From: Chloroflexota bacterium
GTDB taxonomy: Bacteria > Chloroflexota > Anaerolineae > Anaerolineales > UBA4823
Assembly (NCBI GenBank): GCA_049325275.1
Contig: JBMOLU010000009.1
Span: forward strand, 45,103-109,102
Direction of reading: 5' to 3'
Length of the DNA stretch: 64,000 nucleotides
Below the pieces are notes generated by a model. It was not told the DNA's origin, ran no database searches, and saw only the letters and a program-made list of their open reading frames with translations. This document shows positions 23,369 through 33,564 of the stretch, in pieces; position 1 is the stretch's first letter, and each line of letters opens with the position of its first letter. The position numbers and the translations under genes were made by a program.

Positions 23369-23514
23369 CTAGCAGGGTGTCGGAGAGACCCCCGTTAAGA
23401 CTTCGGAGGTCTCTACCCGGGCAGTTTAAGCATAAAATAAGGCGAAATTACTCGAAAATCACGGCTTTTAAGCGGTCACGGAGATTTCCGAAGTCTTCTC
23501 CGACAGGCTGCTAG
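23369..23514. mobile_element. 146-bp MITE-like element with CTAG ends
   Basis: Terminal IR ctagcagggtgtcggaga / tctccgacaggctgctag (16/18); inner IR aagacttcggaggtctc / gagatttccgaagtctt; non-coding. Confidence 0.55.
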
Positions 23515-23617
23515 GGAAAGGAAAATGCTTCACCCGAAAACCGGAAGACCCACAAATATCTTGCGCCTCGATGGTAAAATTGCAGGTCGAGATCATTTCA
23601 TCTCCGAGGAGTTAATC

Positions 23618-23995
23618 ATGAAGCGTTTTTTCATTCTTGCGACCGTAATCTTGTCGCTGGCGGCCTGTTCAGGTTCATCGAACACGGCTGCATCAGCGGT
23701 GCAGGCCTACTTTCAGGCGCTGGTCGATAAAGATACTGAGAAGGCAGTCAACCTGTCTTGCGCCGCCTGGGAAGAGCAGGCGCGCATCGATGCCGATGCT
23801 TTTGCCACCAACCCCGCTACAGCCCAGGGACTGGCCTGCCAGGATGCCGGCACCGACGGTGAATACACCACCGTCACCTGCACCGGCCGCCTGGTCTTGG
23901 ACTACAATGGCGAGGAAGTGCCGATCGACCTGGCGGACCGTTCATACCTGGCACTGGAAGAAAACGGCGAATGGCGCATGTGCGGGCTAAAATGA
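23618..23995 (+). CDS. Small lipoprotein of unknown function
   Basis: GAGGAG SD, MKRFF..LAAC lipobox, four further Cys. Confidence 0.8.
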   Translation: MKRFFILATVILSLAACSGSSNTAASAVQAYFQALVDKDTEKAVNLSCAAWEEQARIDADAFATNPATAQGLACQDAGTDGEYTTVTCTGRLVLDYNGEEVPIDLADRSYLALEENGEWRMCGLK

Positions 23996-24086
23996 AGCGC
24001 TACTTTCTCGTTTTCAAGGGGAAGGATTGTGTAAAACACCCGCCAAAGGCGGAAAAACTTTTTCACCAAGAAACAGGGCCTACAGC

Positions 24087-24230
24087 ATGAACAACTCAGC
24101 GAACGAGCAAAACGCTTCTCGGGAATGGCTGCAAATAGGGTGGTATGCTTTCGTTTTATGCATGGTGGTACTGATCCTGCTCGTTTTGAGCAGCGATCAA
24201 GCGCCGCAATGGATTTACCAGGGGTTTTAA
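24087..24230 (+). CDS. DltX-like small membrane protein (47 aa)
   Basis: One TM helix, C-terminal WIYQGF resembling the DltX-type FIYxxF tail; directly upstream of the MBOAT gene. Confidence 0.7.
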   Translation: MNNSANEQNASREWLQIGWYAFVLCMVVLILLVLSSDQAPQWIYQGF

Positions 24231-24275
24231 ACCGGCCAACTGACGGGACCTTCGCCGGATAGTATCGCAGGCAGC

Positions 24276-25730
24276 ATGTCGCTAGCGTATATTCTCATCT
24301 TGATCGGGGCGGCCCTGTTGATCGGGCTGTTTCGCCGCGCCCGCGGCTGGTGGATGCTGGCGGCCAGCGTGCTCGCCCTTTACTGGCTGCAACCGCCGAC
24401 GACGATCCGCTATCTGGATTTCTGGCTGCCGACAGCCACGCTTGGGCTGAGCGTGCTCGGCTGGGCTGTTACGGCGCCGGCGGAAACACAGAAGCAGCCG
24501 CGCACGTTCGCTTTCGATCGCAACCTGCTCCGCGACGAGAACCTGCTTGCGGCTGCGGGGGTAATCGCGCTGGTGCTGTCGATCGCCGGCCTGCGCTACA
24601 TCGATGCGCTGTGCTGCCTGACGCCCAACCGCCCGCCGGTTTTCGGGCAGGTAGCCGTTGTTTTGGCCGTGCTGTCACTGGGCGCATTTGCCTTGTGGCG
24701 CAGCCGCAGGCCTGAAGCCTGGTTGACAGCGGTCACCGTCCTGCTGCTGGTGCTCTTTGCCGTGCTGAAGAGCGAACCCCTGGGCGCCTGGGCGGCGGCC
24801 GGACTGCGCACCCTGGGCGGGCAGGATCGCGCCCTGGCCGCCGCGGCAGAGCTGCGCTGGCTCGGTTTTTCGTTCGTCGCTTTCCGCCTGATCCACACGC
24901 TGCGCGACCGCGCCGCCGGTCGCCTGCCCGCTTTGACCCTGCGGGAATATGTCACCTTTGCCATCTTCTTCCCGGCGCTGCCCGCCGGGCCGCTTGACCG
25001 CGCCCAGCGTTTCGCCCGCGACCTGCACACTCCCTTCACGCTTGGGCCGGATACGGTTTTATCCGGTGGCAAGCGCATCGTGTGGGGGCTGTTCAAGAAG
25101 TTCGCCCTGGCCGATACGCTGGCGCTGATCGCCCTGAGTGCTGCCAATGCCGGGCAGGTGCAGGCAGCTGCCTGGGCCTGGGTGCTGCTTTACGCCTACG
25201 CCTTGCGTATTTACCTCGATTTCTCGGGCTACACCGATGTAGCCATCGGCACGGCGCAACTGATGGGCGTGGCCTTGCCGGAGAACTTCGAGCGGCCCTA
25301 TCTCAAGAGCAACCTGACGGCTTTCTGGAACAGCTGGCATATCTCGCTGGCGCAGTGGTTTCGCGCCTATTGGTTCAACCCGCTGACGCGCACCCTGCGC
25401 GGCAGCACCCGCCCGATCTCGCTGGCGGCCATCATCTTCAGCGCACAGGTCACCACGATGCTGCTGATCGGCCTGTGGCACGGTATCACCTGGAACTTTG
25501 CCATCTGGGGCCTGTGGCACGGGTTGGGACTGTTCGTCCACAACCGCTGGAGCGAACTGTTGAAGGGCCGCACAGCAGCCATCGACGAACGGCCTCGCCT
25601 GCAACGTGCTCTGGCAGCCGTCGGCACGCTGCTCACCTTCCACTACGTCACCCTGGGCTGGGTATGGTTTGCCCTGCCGGAGACCGGCATGGCGCTGGAT
25701 ATGTTCGCGAAGTTATTAATGGGAAAGTAA
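24276..25730 (+). CDS. MBOAT family O-acyltransferase (DltB/AlgI-like)
   Basis: GFSFVAFR, FFP..AGP, GLFKK, YLDFSGYTD, PENF.RPY, FWNSWHISL, GLWHG. Confidence 0.93.
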   Translation: MSLAYILILIGAALLIGLFRRARGWWMLAASVLALYWLQPPTTIRYLDFWLPTATLGLSVLGWAVTAPAETQKQPRTFAFDRNLLRDENLLAAAGVIALVLSIAGLRYIDALCCLTPNRPPVFGQVAVVLAVLSLGAFALWRSRRPEAWLTAVTVLLLVLFAVLKSEPLGAWAAAGLRTLGGQDRALAAAAELRWLGFSFVAFRLIHTLRDRAAGRLPALTLREYVTFAIFFPALPAGPLDRAQRFARDLHTPFTLGPDTVLSGGKRIVWGLFKKFALADTLALIALSAANAGQVQAAAWAWVLLYAYALRIYLDFSGYTDVAIGTAQLMGVALPENFERPYLKSNLTAFWNSWHISLAQWFRAYWFNPLTRTLRGSTRPISLAAIIFSAQVTTMLLIGLWHGITWNFAIWGLWHGLGLFVHNRWSELLKGRTAAIDERPRLQRALAAVGTLLTFHYVTLGWVWFALPETGMALDMFAKLLMGK

Positions 25731-26846
25731 ATGCCACGCGCTCGCTTCCTCCGTTCCACGCTCGTTCTCGCCACCTTTCTCTTCGTCGCGGCGAACCTGC
25801 TCTTTGCCTGGGCCTATCCGCTCGATGCGTTGGGCCGCATCTCGGCATACAATGTCGTTTTTCCGGGAAGAGAACGCCTGCCCTATGGCGAACGGCCCGA
25901 CCTGGCCTACAACCTGAGTCTGTTCAACCTGGAAGCGATGTTTGCTGCGCACGAGGCGGCCGCGCCAAAGGGGGACGACGAGTTTCGCGTCATCCTGATC
26001 GGCGATTCATCCACCTGGGGTTTCCTGCTCAGGCCCGAAGAAACGCTCGGCGCCCTGCTCGACGGGCAAAAGCTCACCGCAAACGACAGGCGCGTGCGCT
26101 TCTACAACCTGGGGTATCCCACGATGAGCGTCACCAAAGACCTGCTGATGTTGGAAAAGGCCCTGCACTACCAGCCCGACCTGATCGTCTGGCTGACGAC
26201 GCTCGAATCGCTGCCGCGCGAGAAACAGCTTGCCTCACCGATCTTGCAGAACAATGCCGCCGCGCTGGATGAACTCAACCGGCGCTACGGCCTGGACCTG
26301 GACACACGCCACCCGGCGCTGGTGCGCCCCACCTTCTGGCAGCGCACCGTCATCGGCCAGCGGCGCGCTCTGGCCGACCTGATCCGCCTGCAAGCTTACG
26401 GCGTGCTGTGGGCGGCAACCGGCATTGACCAGTTCTACCCGGAAACGTACGAACCACCGCAGAGCGACCTCGAAGCCGGGCAGGATTTTCACGGCCTGCA
26501 GCCGCCCACGCTCCACGAAAGTGACCTGGCCTGGAACGTGCTGGCAGCCGGCGTACAAATGGCCGGCGAGGTACCGATCCTGTTCGTCAACGAACCGATC
26601 TATCGCAGCCAGGGGCAGAACAGCGACATCCGATATAACTTCTTCTACCCGCGCTGGGCCTACGATGCCTATCGCCAGCAGTTTAGCGCACGCTGCCAGG
26701 CCCACAACTGGCGCTGCCTGGATGCCTGGGACCTGGTGCCGGCGGGTGAATTCAGCAACAGCGCCATCCACCGCACACCGGCGGGAGAAAATCTGCTCGC
26801 CGGCCGGCTGGGGGCGTTTTTACAGGAATGGATCGATGAAAGATAG
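25731..26846 (+). CDS. DltD/AlgJ-like SGNH-fold protein
   Basis: N-terminal anchor, IGDSS, FYNLG, NSAIH near the C-terminus; abuts the MBOAT gene. Confidence 0.75.
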   Translation: MPRARFLRSTLVLATFLFVAANLLFAWAYPLDALGRISAYNVVFPGRERLPYGERPDLAYNLSLFNLEAMFAAHEAAAPKGDDEFRVILIGDSSTWGFLLRPEETLGALLDGQKLTANDRRVRFYNLGYPTMSVTKDLLMLEKALHYQPDLIVWLTTLESLPREKQLASPILQNNAAALDELNRRYGLDLDTRHPALVRPTFWQRTVIGQRRALADLIRLQAYGVLWAATGIDQFYPETYEPPQSDLEAGQDFHGLQPPTLHESDLAWNVLAAGVQMAGEVPILFVNEPIYRSQGQNSDIRYNFFYPRWAYDAYRQQFSARCQAHNWRCLDAWDLVPAGEFSNSAIHRTPAGENLLAGRLGAFLQEWIDER

Positions 26847-27834
26847 CCTGACGTTTCGAAATTGGATCGCCAGAGGCCTTTTGGCCCTGAGCATTGCCGG
26901 TTGTCGCGCGCCGGTGGCGATCGCGCCCACAACGGCGCCTTCGGCCGCTGCCACAGGTGCACCGACCGCTGCGGTAACGGCCACCCTGCCTGCTGCAACC
27001 CGTACGCCCATCCTGCCCGTGGCTGAAGCCACGCAGGCCCCGACGGCCACGCCGCTTCCTAGCCCCACCGTGCGCCCCACCCTCGGCGTGGATGCGTGGA
27101 TGGCCCTGCCCGTCGTTCCCACTGCCAGCGAAACGGCGCTCCAGATTTACCGGCACGGCATCGCACTGGGCAACGACCCGCACGCCTATTCCAAGGTTGG
27201 CGACTGCGAATCGACTCCTACCTGGTTCCTGGGCGACTTCGATGCCGGGACGAGGTTCTACGACCTGGGCGACTATACTGGTCTCGCCGGCGTGATCGAG
27301 CACTACCAAGGTTCGCACGCCCGCACCAGCCTGGCGGCCAAGTCGGGCTTCAACGCTTCATCGGTCTTCTCGGCGTTGTGGGCCGTGCGCGACTCCTGCG
27401 AGGCCGACGAGACGCCCCTGGCCTGCGAGTACCGCGTCCACCGGCCCAGCCTGGCCTTCATCATGCTCGGCAGCAACGACGTCTGGCACCCCGAGAAGTT
27501 CGAACCGAACATGCGCAAGATCATCGAATATTCCATCGAAAACGGCGTGGTGCCCATCCTGGTGACCAAGGCCGACAACCAGGAAGGCGATCACAGCATC
27601 AACGCCACCATCGCCCGCCTGGCCTGGGAATACGACATCCCCCTGTGGAACTTCTGGGCGGCCGTCAAGGATTTACCCGATGGCGGCCTGCAAGAGGACG
27701 GCGTCCACCTCACCTGGTCCAGAAATTTCTTCAACGATCCCGAAAACCTCAAACGCGCCTGGCCTATGCGCAATCTGACGGCCCTGCAAACCCTCGATTC
27801 GCTCTGGCGCGCCCTATCCGAACCGCAACCCTGA
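26836..27834 (+). CDS. SGNH/GDSL hydrolase-like lipoprotein
   Basis: IAGC lipobox, stalk, KVGDC (Cys in place of Ser), GSND, DGVH. Confidence 0.8.
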   Translation: MKDSLTFRNWIARGLLALSIAGCRAPVAIAPTTAPSAAATGAPTAAVTATLPAATRTPILPVAEATQAPTATPLPSPTVRPTLGVDAWMALPVVPTASETALQIYRHGIALGNDPHAYSKVGDCESTPTWFLGDFDAGTRFYDLGDYTGLAGVIEHYQGSHARTSLAAKSGFNASSVFSALWAVRDSCEADETPLACEYRVHRPSLAFIMLGSNDVWHPEKFEPNMRKIIEYSIENGVVPILVTKADNQEGDHSINATIARLAWEYDIPLWNFWAAVKDLPDGGLQEDGVHLTWSRNFFNDPENLKRAWPMRNLTALQTLDSLWRALSEPQP

Positions 27835-27847
27835 ACCCGATACCCTC

Positions 27848-28087
27848 ATGGACATTTCTTCCCAACTCTCCCAATACATCGCCACCACCATCCTCAAGCA
27901 GCCCAAACGCAGCCTCGCCCCCGACGAAAAGCTGATTTCCTCCGGCCTGATCGACTCCTTCCACCTGGTCGACCTGGGACTCTTCGTCGAAGACACCTGG
28001 GGCGTGCGCATCGACGACACCGAACTCAACGCCCAGACCTTCGACACCCTGGCGCAACTGGCCGCGCTGATCGAAGCGCGGCAGTAA
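27848..28087 (+). CDS. Acyl carrier protein (DltC-like)
   Basis: 79 aa, acidic, phosphopantetheine motif LISSGLIDSF. Confidence 0.9.
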   Translation: MDISSQLSQYIATTILKQPKRSLAPDEKLISSGLIDSFHLVDLGLFVEDTWGVRIDDTELNAQTFDTLAQLAALIEARQ

Positions 28088-28291
28088 GGATAAGTAGATA
28101 ACCGGAACAAAAATTTTGTTTTCTTGCCGGGTATGTTACCCGGCAAGATTCTCTCCCCGCAAATATTCGAACCCCTGGCGGCGTGCTATCGTGCACGCCG
28201 CTGGTCGTTAGTGAAGAAGTGTCAGAAAAAGCGGGCCGGCGGTTTTGTAGTGATGAGATGGCGCTTCAAAACAGAAGGAGGGCAAAAAGCC

Positions 28292-29449
28292 ATGGGTACG
28301 CCTCCCCTGAAACGACGACAAAACCTTTTCCGCAAAATTTCCGGTCTGCCGGCCACCTTGCTGGTGATGGAACTGTGGCGGGAACTCTTTCTCCCGGGCA
28401 ACGCAGCGATCGGGTCGCTTCTGTTGTTCGGGTACGGTCTGTTCGCTCTTTTCCTGCTGCGGGATATTTTCTTCATCGCCTCGCCGCCGACCGCTTTTGC
28501 ACCAGAAGCCATACCGGCCGCCCAACAAAATATCGCCAGAATGCCCCGGCCGAAACTGGCAAGCTATCTTTCGAACCTGTTCACCTTTACCAACTGGATG
28601 ATTCTGCTGGCTTTCACGGCCATATCCTGCTGGCTGGGCCACCTGACCCTGCACCCGGCGCGCGTGCCCGTACAGGCCGACCGCAATCCGGGAAAATATG
28701 GCATTCCGTACCAGGATATTGCGCTAACCACGTCCGATGGCATCGTTTTGCAGGCCTGGTACACTCCGCCTGAAAATGGGGCGGTCATCCTGGTGGCGCA
28801 TGGTTTCCATAACACGCGGCCAGCGGAGATTTACGCCCTGTTTGCCCGTCACGGGTACGGTGTGCTGGCCTGGGATTTTCGCGGGCAGGGAGAGAGCGGC
28901 GGCGATACGGTCACGCTGGGTTACCTGGAATGGCAGGACGTCATCGCCGCACTGGATTTCGCCCGCAGCCAACCCAAGGCAGAGCGGATCGGCGCCTGGG
29001 GGAATTCGATGGGCGGTGCGGCCGTCCTGCGGGCGGCGGCGCACCGCCCGGACATTCGGGCCGTGGCGATCGACAGCACCTACGCCACCATGAGCGAACT
29101 GCTCAACACGAACGTCAGCATCCCGCTGATGCGCTGGCCGATGCGCTGGTACGTAGAATGGCAGACCGGCCTGGAACTCGATCAGGCCCGCCCGGTAGAC
29201 TGGGTCGGCCAGATCAGCCCCCGCCCGGTTTTCTTGATCGGCGACCCACAGGACAACATGGTCGGGCCTGGCGCTATCCACAGCTTATACACAGCGGCGG
29301 GGGAGCCGCGCCAGGTCTGGTACACGCCCGGGGCCGGCCACAACGGCATGTTCCAGGCCGACCCGCAAGCATACGAAAAGCGCCTGATCGAATTTTTCGC
29401 TGCGGCCTTCCCGGCCGGGAAGGTTTCGCAAAACGATGGAGAAGAATAG
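28292..29449 (+). CDS. Membrane-anchored alpha/beta hydrolase
   Basis: AAGGAGG SD; TM helices; AHG, DFRGQGES, GNSMG, GAGH. Confidence 0.85.
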   Translation: MGTPPLKRRQNLFRKISGLPATLLVMELWRELFLPGNAAIGSLLLFGYGLFALFLLRDIFFIASPPTAFAPEAIPAAQQNIARMPRPKLASYLSNLFTFTNWMILLAFTAISCWLGHLTLHPARVPVQADRNPGKYGIPYQDIALTTSDGIVLQAWYTPPENGAVILVAHGFHNTRPAEIYALFARHGYGVLAWDFRGQGESGGDTVTLGYLEWQDVIAALDFARSQPKAERIGAWGNSMGGAAVLRAAAHRPDIRAVAIDSTYATMSELLNTNVSIPLMRWPMRWYVEWQTGLELDQARPVDWVGQISPRPVFLIGDPQDNMVGPGAIHSLYTAAGEPRQVWYTPGAGHNGMFQADPQAYEKRLIEFFAAAFPAGKVSQNDGEE

Positions 29450-30890
29450 CCCTTCCGGTTACTCGTTGGCCTTTCCGGCTTTCAGGCGAACGGGCGAACT
29501 GGCCCGTACCGGCATCGATTTCACCCTGGCGCTGCTGTGGTGGGGGACCCTCGGCGCCGATCTGCTCCGCCTGCAATCGCCGCTGGTCTGCCAGGGGACC
29601 GAACTGGCGCTGTGGGCTGTCTACACACTGGTCTGCGTGGCCCTCGGCCTGGACTTGTGCTGGCAGTTGTGGGGACGCGAACGGCTCAGCTTCGGCGTCG
29701 GGCAGGCAGCGCTCTGCCATGAAATCGGAAGATTGCGCCTCGTGCAGCACGTTCCACTGAATGAAATCGTAGGGATCACCTGCCAGGCCCAGACGGCACA
29801 AAAGCCGGCCGCATCGCGCAAAGTGCTGCGCTTCTTCGACTTCTCTCTCGGTTCAATAACCATCACGACGCCGGAACGGGTTTACCGCCTGGGCGCCGGC
29901 CTGAAGCAGGCAGACGCCGAGCGACACGGGCGCAATTTGCTGGTATGGTGTGCGGCAGGCCGCTGTCAGGCAGACTGCGCGGGCAAACAAGCCCGCAAGG
30001 ACGCTCCGGGGGCCGCGGCACGCCTGCGCTACGCGTTCAACCTGTTTCTCTTCGCCAACCTGGCGCTCTCGCTGGCCCTGATTGCCTTGACGCCCTTTTT
30101 GAGCTGGGTTTACCTGCACCCGGCCGCCTACCCGCTGGTCGATCTGAACGCCGGCGACGCGCCATCCGATTACGGCATCGCTTACCGCGACGTAACGCTG
30201 ACCACATCGGATGGCATCACCTTATCGGCCTGGTATACGCCGTCGCAAAACGGCGCGGTGCTCGTTCTCGCCCAAGGCTATCAGGAAACGCGCCTGACCG
30301 AACTGCACGCCCGCTTTGCCGGCCACGGCTACGGCGTCGTTTCGTTCGACTACCGCGCCCGCGGCCAAAGCGGCGGCCAGCTGTGCACACTGGGCTACCA
30401 CGAGGCGCTGGACGTGATCGCCGCTCTCGAATTTGCCCGCAGCCAGCCGGGCGTGCGACATGTGGGAGCCTGGGGCTACTCGATGGGTGCAGCCACCGTC
30501 ATCCGTGCAGCTGCCCTGCACCCCGGTCTCGAAGCCATCGCCGTGGACAGCGCCTTTGCTACGCTCGAAGACTTGCTCAACACCGAAATCGTGATCCCCT
30601 TCATGCGCCCCTGGTTCCGCCTGGCAATGGAATGGCAAACCGGCCTGCGGATGGACATGGGCCGCCCGATCGACCAGATCGGTGCGATCAGCCCGCGCCC
30701 GGTCTTCATTATGGGCGGCGGCAGCGACTGGACGGTGCTTCCCGACACGGCGCAGCGCCTGTACGACGCAGCCGGCGAGCCGCGCAAGCTGTGGCTGGAG
30801 CCTGCGGCAGGCCACAACGGCGCCTGCCACACGAATTTGGATCGTTGTGAGCAAAAAATGATAAACTTCTTCGACTCAGCTTTGCGCTAA
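29436..30890 (+). CDS. Membrane-anchored alpha/beta hydrolase (paralog of the upstream gene) with N-terminal extension
   Basis: LTTSDGITLSAWY, DYRARGQS, GYSMG, AAGH; start uncertain. Confidence 0.8.
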   Translation: MEKNSPSGYSLAFPAFRRTGELARTGIDFTLALLWWGTLGADLLRLQSPLVCQGTELALWAVYTLVCVALGLDLCWQLWGRERLSFGVGQAALCHEIGRLRLVQHVPLNEIVGITCQAQTAQKPAASRKVLRFFDFSLGSITITTPERVYRLGAGLKQADAERHGRNLLVWCAAGRCQADCAGKQARKDAPGAAARLRYAFNLFLFANLALSLALIALTPFLSWVYLHPAAYPLVDLNAGDAPSDYGIAYRDVTLTTSDGITLSAWYTPSQNGAVLVLAQGYQETRLTELHARFAGHGYGVVSFDYRARGQSGGQLCTLGYHEALDVIAALEFARSQPGVRHVGAWGYSMGAATVIRAAALHPGLEAIAVDSAFATLEDLLNTEIVIPFMRPWFRLAMEWQTGLRMDMGRPIDQIGAISPRPVFIMGGGSDWTVLPDTAQRLYDAAGEPRKLWLEPAAGHNGACHTNLDRCEQKMINFFDSALR

Positions 30891-30966
30891 CCGTGCAGAG
30901 CACAACCAGGACATCATCATTTTCCTTGTTAGCGGTGTGTAACACCACGCCGCCCATCTGCCGCCG

Positions 30967-32649
30967 ATGAAAACCTTCTCCCAACGCCTGCAACAACTTT
31001 ACGAAAGCGATTCCCAAGCGCCTGCCATTCACCTGCTGCACGCCCGCCAGCCGGACGAAACCATCACGCGAACCGGCCTGCTGCGCGGCGCGGCCGGTTA
31101 CGCCCAGGCACTCGCCGCCGCCGGCGTGCAGCCGGGCGAAGTGGCCATTCTGATCCTCCAGCACGGCCCGGCGCTGGTGTACGCGTTTTGGGGTGCGATT
31201 TTGCATGGGGCGATCCCCTCGATCATGCCCTTCCTCACCGAAAAGCTCCAACCCGAGCAGTACCGCCGTTCGCTGGCGGCCTTGTTCGAGATCACCACCC
31301 CCGGCGCGGTGATCACCGATGCCGAGTTCGCTGGCGAGCTGCCGCCAACCAACGGCGGCAAGGTATTACTTTCCGCCGAGATCGATCCCACCGGGCCGAT
31401 CGATTTTGGCGCCCTGCGCGGCTTCGAACGCCAACCGCAGGACATCGTCCTGTTGCAACACTCTTCCGGTACGACCGGGCTGCAAAAGGGCGTGGCGCTC
31501 TCACACCAGGCCGTTTTCAACCAGCTCGAAAGCTACGCGACTGCCCTGCACCTCGCCGAAGACGACGTGGTCGTCAGTTGGCTGCCGCTGTACCACGACA
31601 TGGGCCTGATCGCCGGGTTCCTGATGCCCGTCCTGGAAGGCATCCCGCTGGTGTTGATGTCGCCGTTCGATTGGGTACGCGCCCCGGCGCGCCTGTTGCA
31701 GGCCGTCTCGCAGTATCGCGGCACGCTTTCGTGGTTGCCCAATTTTGCCTACAACTTTTGCGCCCAGAAGATCCGCGATCGCGACCTGCAAGGCGTCGAT
31801 CTCTCCTCCTGGCGGGCGATCAGCAACTGTTCGGAACCGATGCGTTACGCCAGCCACCAGATGTTCGCCGAACGCTTTGCCAGCTACGGCCTGCGCCCGG
31901 GTGCGCTGGCCACGTGCTATGCCATGGCCGAAAACGTCTTCGCCGTCACGCAGGGCGGGATCGACTCCCCGGCAACCGTAGATGCAATCAGCCAGCGCGG
32001 CCTGTTCGACGAACGTATGGCGCGCACCCCACAGGGTGACGAACCGGCCATCCCCATGCTCTCTTGCGGCACACCGATCGCCGGTACGCTGGTCAAAATC
32101 GTCGACGATCAGCGCCGCGAGCTGCCCGAACGCCATCTCGGCGAGATCGCGCTGCGCTCCAACTGCATGTTGACGGAATACTACCGGCGGCCCGACGCCA
32201 CCGAACAGGCCTTTCACGAAGGTTGGTACCTCACCGGCGATCTGGGCTATATAGCCGCCGGCGAGGTGTACGTCACCGGGCGCAAGAAGGATTTGATCAT
32301 CGTGGGGGGCAAAAATGTCTACCCGCAGGACCTCGAAACACTGGCCAACCAGGTGCCGGGCATTCATCCGGGGCGCGTGGTGGCCTTTGGCATCTTCAAC
32401 GAGGAAATGGGTACCGAAGAAGTGGCGCTGATCGCCGAAATGGAAGCCACCGATCTTTCCGAAACGGCATACATCGAAGAGGCTCAGCGCATCGAAGATG
32501 AACTACGCCTGCAGGTGACCCGCGGCTCGGCCGTGGCACTGCGTCACGTCAAGGTCGTGGCGCGCGGCTGGCTGCTCAAAACCAGCAGCGGCAAGATCGC
32601 CCGCGGGGCCAACCGGGAAAAGTATCTCAAGCATTTTGGGGGCGATTGA
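30967..32649 (+). CDS. Fatty acyl-AMP ligase (FAAL-like adenylating enzyme)
   Basis: LQHSSGTTG..KGV, SWLPLYHDMGLI, PNFAY, CYAMAE, TGDLG, KTSSGKI. Confidence 0.9.
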   Translation: MKTFSQRLQQLYESDSQAPAIHLLHARQPDETITRTGLLRGAAGYAQALAAAGVQPGEVAILILQHGPALVYAFWGAILHGAIPSIMPFLTEKLQPEQYRRSLAALFEITTPGAVITDAEFAGELPPTNGGKVLLSAEIDPTGPIDFGALRGFERQPQDIVLLQHSSGTTGLQKGVALSHQAVFNQLESYATALHLAEDDVVVSWLPLYHDMGLIAGFLMPVLEGIPLVLMSPFDWVRAPARLLQAVSQYRGTLSWLPNFAYNFCAQKIRDRDLQGVDLSSWRAISNCSEPMRYASHQMFAERFASYGLRPGALATCYAMAENVFAVTQGGIDSPATVDAISQRGLFDERMARTPQGDEPAIPMLSCGTPIAGTLVKIVDDQRRELPERHLGEIALRSNCMLTEYYRRPDATEQAFHEGWYLTGDLGYIAAGEVYVTGRKKDLIIVGGKNVYPQDLETLANQVPGIHPGRVVAFGIFNEEMGTEEVALIAEMEATDLSETAYIEEAQRIEDELRLQVTRGSAVALRHVKVVARGWLLKTSSGKIARGANREKYLKHFGGD

Positions 32650-32708
32650 GCGCCATCCTCATGCTTGTTAAAGCATTGTAACCAACTTCGCTTCGGCTTC
32701 TCTTTTCC

Positions 32709-32737
32709 TTGACAGCCCTTCCACCATGCGATAGCAT
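32709..32737 (+). promoter_or_regulatory. Sigma70-type promoter
   Basis: TTGACA-N17-TAGCAT upstream of the phosphatidyltransferase. Confidence 0.5.
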
Positions 32738-32788
32738 AACTTGCTGGTGGATTTTTACCAAACACCGGTCAAGGAGAGAAGATTTATC

Positions 32789-33409
32789 ATGGAACAAGGT
32801 AGAAGCATTCCAAAAGGATCGCTGACGTTCACAGATTTTCTGCGCAAGCGTTTTCAACATGTTGCCGAGCCGTTCGCCGCGTTTTTCAATCGTCTGGGCC
32901 TGATGCCCAACACGATGACGATCCTCGGCCTGGTTGGCAACACCTTCGGCGCTTACTTGCTGGCCATGGGGCAGATGACCTGGGGCGGCCTGGTGATCCT
33001 CGCCATGGGTCCGGTGGACGCCTTGGATGGCGCCATGGCACGGCTGCGCGGCCTGCCGACCAGCTTCGGCGGATTCGTCGATTCGGTCACCGACCGCTAT
33101 TCCGAGCTGGTCATCTTCGGTGGCCTGCTCATTTTTTATATCCAGAAGGGTGATTGGCTTTCCATCACCGGCGTGTACCTGGCTGCGGCCGGCTCGGTGT
33201 TGGTTTCTTACATTCGGGCACGTGCCCAGTCGGCGGGCTACGAAACCAAGGTGGGAATCCTCACGCGGGTCGAGCGCTACCTGGTGCTCAGCCCGGCACT
33301 GATCTTCAGTATCCCGCAAATCGGCGTCTGGATCATCGCCATCCTGGCCAATTTCACCGCCTTGCAACGCATCCTCGACGTACGCCGGCAGGCGCGCCAG
33401 TCGAAATAA
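32789..33409 (+). CDS. CDP-alcohol phosphatidyltransferase (PIP synthase-like)
   Basis: PNTMT, DALDGAMAR..FGGFVDSVTDR, VSYIRARA, R.ER. Confidence 0.92.
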   Translation: MEQGRSIPKGSLTFTDFLRKRFQHVAEPFAAFFNRLGLMPNTMTILGLVGNTFGAYLLAMGQMTWGGLVILAMGPVDALDGAMARLRGLPTSFGGFVDSVTDRYSELVIFGGLLIFYIQKGDWLSITGVYLAAAGSVLVSYIRARAQSAGYETKVGILTRVERYLVLSPALIFSIPQIGVWIIAILANFTALQRILDVRRQARQSK

Positions 33410-33473
33410 GGGTCTCCTGGCTTCGCCGGGAGACCCCAAAATTTGTATCTCCTCAATAGAGAAGGAGGAAGTG

Positions 33474-33517
33474 GGGTGTTTTGAGTTTGCTTCGCAAACT
33501 CACCCCCCACCACCCCG
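33474..33517. repeat. Palindromic element with GCTTCGC apex (copy 1)
   Basis: ggggtg..gagtttgcttcgcaaactc..cacccc; related copy at 34420-34457. Confidence 0.4.
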
Positions 33518-33564
33518 ATTTATTGAGAAGATACCAAAACTTGACGGAGAAAGGTACTTAAACC

